Positions 54,538-64,000 of a DNA stretch of 64,000 nucleotides are shown here, in pieces. The first letter of the stretch is position 1. Every line of letters starts with the position of its first letter. A model generated the notes under the pieces. The model saw nothing but the letters and a program-made list of their open reading frames with translations, was not told the origin of the DNA and ran no database searches. The DNA lies in assembly GCA_003971905.1 (NCBI GenBank), contig RSEE01000013.1:682001-746000 (forward strand), in the 5' to 3' direction. The translations under genes and the position numbers were made by a program. The DNA is from Moniliella sp. 'wahieum' (Eukaryota).

Positions 54538-57500
54538 TGATCGATGACTAGTAACTAGTAACTAGAAACTGAGCGTTTAACGTTTAACGTTTAACGTTTA
54601 ACGCGGACATTGAACGTACTGGACGTCTGAACGCAATTTGGAAGTAGCCCTGGGGTGGCTGTCCGTAGATCTAGACTACGGGCGAGGAACACAACCCAGC
54701 CATGCACCCTACTGGCGTGTGTGAGATACTCAAGAGTACCCATCCCTATCGACTATCTCCAGCCATTGACCATCCCACATCGAACATCCCTCCCACTCCA
54801 GGTACCCTGGGGGCTGAGGCTCGGCGCGCTGAGCGATTATCTGGATTATCGATCATCGATCATTTACAGGCTCGAACAGGGAGTCCGTCATGTTGATCGA
54901 TGATCGATGATCGATGACCTTCTCTCCAAAGGCCCAATGTCCTGCGCATCACCCGTCAAACTGCACTTGCGAACATGCTAACGCCAACGCCGATGCCAAC
55001 GCCAGCAAGGCAGCAATGCAATACGGATTCAATATGCAAGTATCAGGCCCAGGGCTGATGACTGTGATGCAAATTTAATGTCTTGGCCACGGCACGGGTG
55101 GCGCAGTGGCCCGGACTCTGACTAGTGACTACTGGTGCATGGCGGCCTCTGCGTGTGCCGGCCTTTTGCCAGCTCCAGGCCGCGTGGCGCTCCGTACTCA
55201 GTTGCTCAATTCCCAGTTCCTCAGGGCCTCAATATTCAATGCGTCCCTGTGCTTCCTTGTCCCGGTGATAGTTAGAGCGTGTGGCGGCGTTGAACTTGGG
55301 TACGTTGAACTTGTACGGTACGTTGATCCATGATCGATGGCCAATGCACCATACGTACACGTACGCCGAGAACGAACGTCGTCCAGAGGCGTGGGACCAC
55401 TGGGAAGCTACCCGTGAGACTCCGATTGTGCATATGGCCCAACTGCAGCCATCAACCAACCTCACCCGGTCACCGATCATCTCTTCACCAGCCGACGCCC
55501 CCAGCGGCTAGCCAATCTGCAAGCTGCCACCTCCAGGCTTCACCGGCTTCAAGCTTCACCGGCCACCCTTCAAGCTTCAAGCTTCACGAGCTTCAACAGC
55601 TCCAGCTTTGAAAAGCTACATTGTCATGTTGGCACCGATGATCGATGATGGGCAGGCATGCCCTGGCACGCTTGTGACATGTGACATGCGAAGCTTGTGA
55701 GGCTTGAAGCTTGAAGCTTTGAGTACTCCTCCGTACTGGGCGGGAGTGCCCATTTCTGAGCTCAAACGGAGCTCAGATCAATCCAGAGGCTCCACGCTCA
55801 TTGAGATATGCGATTCTGAGCCCCAATCCACGTTCGCCACCAACTTAGGAGTAAATGTCTATTGCCCAAAGGCGACCATCCCGCTCTTACAAGCTTCGAT
55901 CATCAGCTTCATCGACCGCGCATTGAAGGTTGTAGTTCAACCGTGGCTAAGCCTGTGGAGCGCTCGACCGTTCAACGCGTTCAGCACGCGCTCAACGTTG
56001 AATTCAACGTTGTGCTCAAGCGTCACGCGTCATGTACGTGTCGCTTCTATAACATTACGCCCCCTTTGTGCCCTTTCCCTCCAAACCCCCGGTGACGACA
56101 AAAACACATCGATCATCCCCCTTGTACATGTCGATCTCACCGTGCGTTTGTAGTGCCCCTGCCCTCCTATTCCTTCTGCGGCACACATCGGCATTTGTGT
56201 TTTACTACCCAGTTACCACCTATGGTTGCCCTTTCTATACTCTTCGGCCGTGGCCGGCAAACGCAGCCGGCAACATGGCACACACCACCGTTTTGCTCCG
56301 GTGACCGCATGATCGCGTGACCGAGAGTAACCGCGATAATTGGAAAGCGGGGGGTTACCGGTAACCAGTAATTGGTAGCCAACCATACTTGCCTTCGACC
56401 ATTTGGCAATCATATGCAATTCAAAGCGATGCAAATAATCGTCGCCGGTCCCTACTCCCAAAGCGAGAACCAGCAAGGGGCCAGCCCTTCGCGGCGGTGC
56501 AATGAGATGCGGCTTACCAACATACAATACACCTATTCCATATTCACCGGTCACCGCCTTTTCTCAGTCCCTGCCCCCTCCTAAGTTTGGATGATAACGA
56601 AGATGCGGGGCGGCCGGGGACTAGTGGGCCTTGCGCATACGTCTTCGTAAGCAGACCGCCACGTGTCTGTGCTACATTTGCCATCGGCCGTTTGCAGGCG
56701 GGGCAGAAGAGGAGCGGTACTGCAGTACCACAAGGCGGCACCACCATGGAGGATAAATATATTCCGGTAAATCAGGACTGCCTGTCACCGGCCCGTGTGA
56801 TCGGGTGATACATCCCGCTACCTTAGGCGTAACGCGTAACGCGTAACCTTGGCCCCACCAGCCCGGTCGGACAGCTCGCATCGCCCCCCTCAACGCTCCG
56901 GATCCCCTCGTTATCTCACACTCTCATACCCCCTTCTCTCTTCAAGCTTCAAGCTTCATCTCTTCTTTGGCCCCACCGGCCTTACTAGTTACTCCGCATC
57001 GAAGTTCAATATATTCAATGGTTCAACGTTCAACTGTCACCATGTCACCGGCCAATGGTCCCGTTCAACGTTCCACGTTCATAATGTTCAACGAACGTTC
57101 AGCCACACCTAGTTGACTCTAAGTTTTCATTCTAAACACCGTGCTCTGTACTTCTCAAGTGGCCTCGCGGAATACGGTACTTCTCCAGTATCAGCACTGG
57201 CAACCAGAGGTTCCCTTCCTTCCAAATTCACTTCACCGGTAATGCTCACTACCTATCACCGTGACGCGTGACCCTTCACCTTCACCTTCACCAGTGTGAA
57301 TACATGTGAAATCCTAGACATCTAATCATCTTAAGCATCTAGTCACTAGTCACTAGTCACTAGTCACTAGTCATCGTCTAGTCACTAGTCACTAGTCACT
57401 CTGCCCAGTTCTAGCCATTTGGCCGCCAGACTAAGCTTCATTTCACACACACAGGGGCTTGGCCCCACGCCAACAGCTTTGCCCACCAGCGAGCTAGTAG

Positions 57501-59580
57501 GCAATTGGGCACCGGTAGCAGGTAGCAGGTAGCAGGAACTATAGCAACTAGTCCCTAGTCAGCGCAGTCAGCGCCTCCAACCCACTACTGTGGCCGTGGT
57601 GCCATCCGCCAACGAGGGCAGGGTACACAAGCCAACATACCGACGTCCAACTCCGGTAACCGGTAACACCAATATAGTACCGCCACCGAAAGAAAGGCGC
57701 TGTCTGCCTCTTGTGCACCCTACATGTCTTGCCCAACCCACGTTTCTCCACAATTGGATCTTGAAGCTAGCGTGACGCGTGACGCGTGAAGTTTGAAGCT
57801 CGAATTGCTTTGAAATTTGATGTCCAGATGTTCCACGTTCAGGATTTGACCCCCAAGGAGGGTTTCCTTCAAGCTTCAAGCTTCAAGCTTCAAGCTTCAC
57901 GCTTCATCGACTTCAAGCTTCATCGCCGAGGCTCCGCGCTCCTTGCTGCACGTAGCATGCTGCTCCATTCCCTGGTGCGCGTTGGGCTATGGAGAGACTT
58001 CGGCCCATGGGGAGGGGGGAGGGGGAGGCGGCACGCGAGATGAGAGGTGTCGAGGCTTGGAGGGCAACGGGTGCCATATGGTGCATGATGCACAACGCAA
58101 TGATTAATTCGATGATCGACGTGGTTCAGTCGCCGGTGAGACTGTCTTTGCATACATTGGTTCTTCGACGGTCGCGTTCAAACACGCATCGTTCGCCATT
58201 GGAAACTCGCGGCCTGCCGCCACGCGTCACTCTCAGCTTGACGCCAAGAGAAATCCACCTCCAGCCATCAATAAAGTTAACGTTGAGTTCCTCCATACAT
58301 GTACAGTGCCGTCGCCATTGACAGGGGTGCCCGGTGGGTGGGCTTTGAGCGACAGATCACAGATCCAACTTGAAGTGTGTATAGTGTAGCATGCAACTAC
58401 AGTAATTGGTACGAACTATAGTAGAAACATGCCCGTAAGAGCGAGTAATTGCGATGATCGATAGCAGGCATGATGATGTGATCTGTGAAGAAATGCTGAA
58501 AGGAACAAAGTAGCGGAAACGAAAGAAGTTTTCAAAACAAGGTTTGTTTCTCGCTTATGACAGGCCTAACGCGCAACGGGTAACGGGAGAGTGAGATCTG
58601 AGATCTGAGACTACGCTGTCTGAAATTGGAAGCTTCGTATAAAACCCTCCACACCCACTGAACAAGGCACTGGCTAAAAGTTATTAGCTACCGGTTACCA
58701 CTAGGCACGGAAGTCACTCCTTGCCCGGTGTACGTATTGAGAATTGGGCTTCAGTAACGCGTAACGGCACTTGTAGGCCTTCGGCCTTTTAGTCCTCACA
58801 GATATCAGATCTTAGACAACAGGTCTACCTTCTTCGAACCTAACATGCAACAGCATAATACAGGCACAAAATAGTACCACCCGCCTATTTGACCACTATC
58901 ATTGAATGATCGAAATGATCGTAGCAATCGATATCCCGATCATTGACAATGCAAACGGTTACCTGTGAGTTTCTATAACCACACCTTGCTCTCCACTTCT
59001 CCAACAAAAATGTATGATCTTCGGCTCTATCACCTACCTACTACATGGTACGGCGTTTGAGTACACGTAACCGTAACATGCACGAAATGAGCGCTGAGCC
59101 TGAGGGGCTGAGCGTGAGCCATACACTTGTGGTGGAAGAAGGGTGTCGAAGCAACCGACCAAAGAGTGGCTCTCTTCTGAAGAATAGCTACTCTCAACTC
59201 GATCTCAACCCCATATATATCCGAGGAATCGACTTGTATCTCCTCCTTCAGGGATTAACGTTTAATGTTTGTATCTGTCGATCACATCAACTGCGTGAGA
59301 TTCAACACGTTCAACGTTCTCGTTCACGTGTTCACCTGTCCATATCCGGCGTTCAACGTCCGTCACTTCCTCCCTCTTGAACCCCCCGGGTGGCTTCTCA
59401 TGTGCTTACTCTGCTGTTATATATAGCCCCGGCCTCATGGCCTGACCCACCGAATCTGAGATCTGAAACGCATTTCATCTTTTTACCTGCATTCCCGGCG
59501 ATACTGATGATGACTGAGATGTACTGATGACCCATGTGTGCGAACGGGGTGTGAACGTTGAACGTTGAACGTTGAACCGA
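54538..59580. repeat. Gene-poor region dense in heptamer palindromic microsatellites
   Basis: (TAACTAG)n, (TTAACGT)n, (TGATCGA)n, (TCAAGCT)n, (TCACTAG)n, (TGACGCG)n, (TGAGATC)n and (TGAACGT)n arrays. Confidence 0.8.
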
Positions 59581-61531
59581 GAGAAGTGAGTTTCTGAGAA
59601 CCCTTCTGCATGCGCCCAGATAAAACCCACACCCGCCCTGCATCTGTGTAGATCACCCGGAAAACGTATGCTGCTGGGGGGGGCACAGAAATGGTTTCCG
59701 AAAAATTTATTGGTTCCCGGTCCGAAACCTCTTCGGATCAGAGATCTGACCTCTAAGATCTGACCCCCGTCATACCGGGCGAATTATACGAACTCGTATC
59801 CGAGGGGGATGTGCGTGCATCTGCTTATACCCCCTATTCCGTGTTCGTCTTGTGGGGAGGCGAGCAAGGCAAAGGGGAGATCGTGTGATGCAATCAGGGG
59901 AAGGCAGCCCGGAGGGGCAACAGGGAGGAGCGGAACAGGGGCGGAACAGAGGCGGAACGGGGCCGCCTCGCACACGTCTCTCCGTCCCCACCGCCCACAC
60001 ACTGCATACACAGTTTACATCTGACGGCCTGAGACGGCTCGACGTCCTTTCTAATTGCAGGTCACATCCCATCCATCATCGTGAAGCTGAAGCGCTCAAA
60101 CGCTGAAAGCATATAAAGCTTTTGAAAAAACAATATACTCTCAAAGGCTTTATTCACACAGCAGTAGCAACGACGATAGGTCATTGGTAGAACGATAGCC
60201 CAATTGACGGTTTGGGGTATTCAGTGCGAGTACTCCATCAACTCGGTTAAACAGTCGGGACTAACGAGGGAGGCCAAGGTCCTGTCAGAGACGGGGGGAA
60301 AGGCAAGATCGTTCGTGGGAGGAAATAGAAGGCATCAGGCAGAAAACAGAAGCAAAAGGGAAGTTAAGAGCGAGAGACACAGGATGCAGAATTGGAAATT
60401 GGAGCGAGCTTAGTCATTCGGTGACACTCGGGGTGCGGATCTCCTAGGGTAAAGACTGTAAATAGGATAACTGGAATTGAGTCGCTGGAAGCTATCAGAC
60501 GTGAGAATGATAGAAAAGGCCAGAGACGATATAATGACATATGGATGTCGATAAACTGCAGGCTCTCGTAACCGTGTTAGGCTCATAAAAGAGTCTGACA
60601 AGGAATTGTACGTGTGACATAAACGGCCCAGTGAGCAGAAGGTGTTGAGGTAACACAATTTGCACCTCCCAGACTCATTCGCACTTATATGAAACCTGAA
60701 GAAGCTCTTAAAGGTCAGGATCCAGAGATGCCATTGAGACCAGCACATTCTGTCGTCGTCGCATCGTTCTTCCTCATTTGGCAGTACGATAAACGAAGTG
60801 GAGGTTGGCTTCTCTGGTGCTTTACACCTGAACCTGCCTATCTCAATAAGCCTCAAATGTTCGAGAGGGGGAATCATGAACCTCAACGGGTGGCGTGTCA
60901 TTTTGTTTATGGACGCTTTTACGGTCATGAAAGGGCAAGGGACACATCATCACAGTGTTAATTACAATGGTATCTTGAACAAAATATTAACACCACTAGA
61001 AGCTCAACCATTGGGCTGATGACGATCTACACATACAGTATGGAAAAGTGCGGCTAATGTGTGCTGATAATGTGTCGGACAGAAAAGATGCGGTGGGGTG
61101 AGAGCAAACGGAACGAGAGGATGATGCCCAGATCCCCAAGTCGAGCACGGCAGAGGTTTACGAGGTGAAACCGCAAAAGACTTCACTGGAGGCCAAATGG
61201 ATGTTCACCCGCAATCACGTCTCCCTTTTGCCTTATTTTCCATTTAAGGAACTAGGGGAATCGCCAGGAGATCAGGACGCTCTGGTGCTCGCCATCCGTT
61301 CCCGTATCCGTGGAATCGCGTGTGGATACGGATGAACGTGGTAGACATCCGAGCGGTGAACCGTCTCCATTGAGACTCAGTAGTCAATTCCTTCCTGTTC
61401 CCAAGCATCTTGCATCTGTCTCCCTTCTACATCCATACCATTGACAGAGCTTATAAGGCTGGGACAGGGGGAACGCTACGTCTAAACCGAACCGTTCATC
61501 TTGCGGGGGTTACTTGGAAGCGCCACCAAGA

Positions 61532-62093
61532 TTAAGGAACCAGAGGGATCGCCAGGATATCAGGATCCTCCGGTGGTCGCCATCCGGTCCCGTACCCTAG
61601 GAAACGCGTGTGGACACGGATAAACGTGATAGACATCGGAGCGAGGAACCATTTCCATTGAGACTCAGTAGCCAAATCCTTCCAATCCGCAACTATCTTG
61701 CCCGCTGTCTTGGTGCCGAAGTATCCTCGCGTCGTCAAAACCAGGGGGGAAACGGCTCTTGAGTGCGTCCCTGGTTCTTGGCGTTCTTGTCGCATTCTGC
61801 TTGTTCCAGCAACCGAAGAAGCTCCTTCTCCCGGCGTTCCAAAGGCGACGCAGTGCTTTCGTGCACAACCACCCTCCGGTACGCGCTCTGTGCCTCCTGA
61901 TTTCCCGTGTCGCGCAGCGTATGGTCCACCTCCATTCCAGATCCTCCGATTGCTCCTGGCCTCATCACGCGGTAGTCAGTGCCCTGTGCCCTCCGTTCGC
62001 GCCTCGTCCCATCCTCTTCCTCCACCGTAGGTCTCTCTATAAATCCACAGCGAAGAGCCGGAAACGGGACTGATGATGTCACCGAAGTTTCAT
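61532..62093 (-). CDS. Hypothetical protein with duplicated C-terminal coding segment
   Basis: Overlapping minus-strand ORFs; the last ~50 codons recur at 61244-61410 with the peptide conserved. Confidence 0.45.
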
Positions 62094-62236
62094 GAATGTC
62101 GGAGTAAATGATATCATCGATCGTCGGAACGTGTGGAACGGGGCGGAATTAAAAAGCCCGAGAGGGAAGCTTCAGATTTTCAGCAGTGGCTCGCTCTCCG
62201 CTCGGGCTTAGCTCCGCTTTGCCACCACCACCAACC

Positions 62237-62769
62237 ATGGTTCAACTTGAAGAGACGACCGACGAGCACTACCGGCGCGCGCCTACCGATGCTGAGGAAT
62301 GGGAGGACGGATGAAGCTGGTAGCGATGTGGTATGTTGTGCCCAACCTCACCTGCATTCATTCCATGTGACTGCGTGCTGATCTCTTTGGCGTTGTAGAG
62401 CTCTATTGCCTCGTCGGAGGATGACGAGCCGCTGGACGAGACGCTGGCTGAGCGTCTGGCAGCACTCAAAGATATTGTTCCCCCGGCGCCCGTGCTGCTG
62501 TATCAGGCGCAGTGTCGACGGTGACCGGCATCACCTGGGGACTGGGCGCGTTTGCCGGCCGGGCTGCCTGGGTCCTTACCACCTCCGCTCTGTTGGTGGG
62601 TCTTCCGTTTGCCCTTGCTGTGGAAGACGAGGCACGGTTCGCGATGCAAGAGCGGGAGATGGGTGCTCAAACGTCCGGCGCTTCTGCCATGCTCGGCAGT
62701 GCGCCCGGTGCCCCCCCGACTCCTGCGGGCCAGCAACCGCAGGAAGGCCTGCGCCCGCCTGGTTTCTAA
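62237..62769 (+). CDS. TOM22: Mitochondrial import receptor Tom22
   Basis: Acidic N-terminus, DETLAERLAALKDIVPP, GRAAWVLTTSALLVGLPFALAVEDE; intron at ~62331-62398. Confidence 0.92.
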
Positions 62770-63018
62770 ACACTACTTGGCCCCCGCTTTCCCTCGGGCC
62801 TTCAGGATGGTGAATTGGATGATGCTCTTTGGCCCTGAGCTGGTGGGGAGTACACTTCCCCTTCTCTAGGCTTCAAAAGCCTCTGCTGCGTCGGTTTTCA
62901 TTTGCTAGCACGTACCCCCCATCATTCCCTTGTCCCTACGACCATCCACTGTATCCACTTCCCACTTTCTATCATTTCTAGGCTACACTCCATAGCAATT
63001 TGAGAAGGATGTACTGCA

Positions 63019-64000
63019 TTAGAAAGGACCAATAGTAAAATGAACGGGGTCCCGAACCGGCGACCTGGCCAGATCTTCAACTCTGCCGCAGAGAAAGCCA
63101 GGCATCACGGGCCTCGACGGCGGCCATGCGGACCGTGCGAAGAGGATCGTCGATGCCCCGTCCAGTGATAGAGAGTGTGCGTTGGACCTCTGCGCGCCGC
63201 GGCCAGACCGAATGGTTGGCAAGGTGAGGGCCAGTGCCCGCAGCGCCCACAATGCGGCTAGCCGGTCCTGATCCTCAACGGCAGTGAGGGAGCGCAACAG
63301 CGAGGACAACAGGGACCCCACATGTTCTTCAGCCAAAGCGATAGCATCGACCTCCTCGCTCGCACCCGCGGCGCCAAATCTGCGCTGAGCGAATGGCACG
63401 TGTTCGCGCCAAAATCTCCCGTTCCCGTGCTCTTCACACGAGAAAGCTTGGCGGCGACCAAGGCACCCGCGATTGCCTTGGCGGCAACTGGCTGCCGTGC
63501 GGGCTGCTGTGCCGCAGGGCGCGGACCAACAGAGGCCACACCTGAGCCAGCGAGCTGGAACGAGCACTGGGAGGTACCCGCGGAAGGACCGCAGCTAGCG
63601 CAGCAAGGTAAAATGCCTGGCGTTCCTCCGACGAGCCGTCATCCGCACCGTCGGAAGGAAGACGGTACCTTCCGCAATAATGCTGGAAGCAATGCAGCAG
63701 CAGTACGCTGCCGTGCCAACTTCCTCACCGTGTGTCCATTCTCCGTCGCAAACAGCCCAGGGGACCCTTCAGCGACCCTGGCCAAGCCAGCGACAATCGA
63801 GGAAGCAACGGGCGCAGACACCCTGGTGCCAAAGTGCAGCAAGGCTGTGAGCATTTTCCACGCATCTGGAGACAAGCGAGCCGCCAAGGCTTGAACCACG
63901 AGATAGGCATGTAGCCCTGCTTGGACCATTTCGGGGGAAGGTGTGCCTCCAGTAAGGACGGGAGGGATGTCCAGTTCTTTAAGGGCACCTGCAAGCTCAT
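63019..64000 (-). CDS. 3' part of an unidentified helical-repeat-like protein
   Basis: Chained Leu/Ala-rich minus-strand ORFs running off the window end. Confidence 0.45.

Noticed and set aside
5804..62769. Frameshifts in nearly every gene read as programmed frameshifting or mass pseudogenisation
   Set aside because: They hit conserved housekeeping genes indiscriminately, mostly as single-base losses in runs, and the otherwise identical LTRs differ by the same kind of indel; assembly error is the simplest explanation.

Overview
A GC-rich, intron-containing eukaryotic window, most likely from a basidiomycete fungus. Almost every gene is broken by single-base indels typical of an unpolished long-read assembly, so gene boundaries are approximate and were rebuilt from fragments in several frames. 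Recognisable genes: flavin amine/polyamine oxidase, formin, CBS-PB1 protein, Rcf2-like HIG1 protein, ornithine decarboxylase, class IV chitin synthase, Ser/Thr-rich single-pass membrane protein, Vac8, GDSL/SGNH esterase, Ypd1, divergent eIF4G, Pho85-type cyclin and Tom22. Also present are an intron-containing tRNA(CAA), a complete 1.39 kb non-autonomous LTR element with a 5-bp TSD, and two related HSP70 fragments. Most notable: (1) intergenic DNA follows a period-7 pattern, (TNA + 4-bp palindrome)n, that keeps its phase while the core changes; (2) a candidate non-AUG uORF ending PPP-stop lies just upstream of ODC; (3) the Leu-type tRNA(CAA) appears to lack the long variable arm; (4) a tandemly duplicated coding segment shows conservative divergence.
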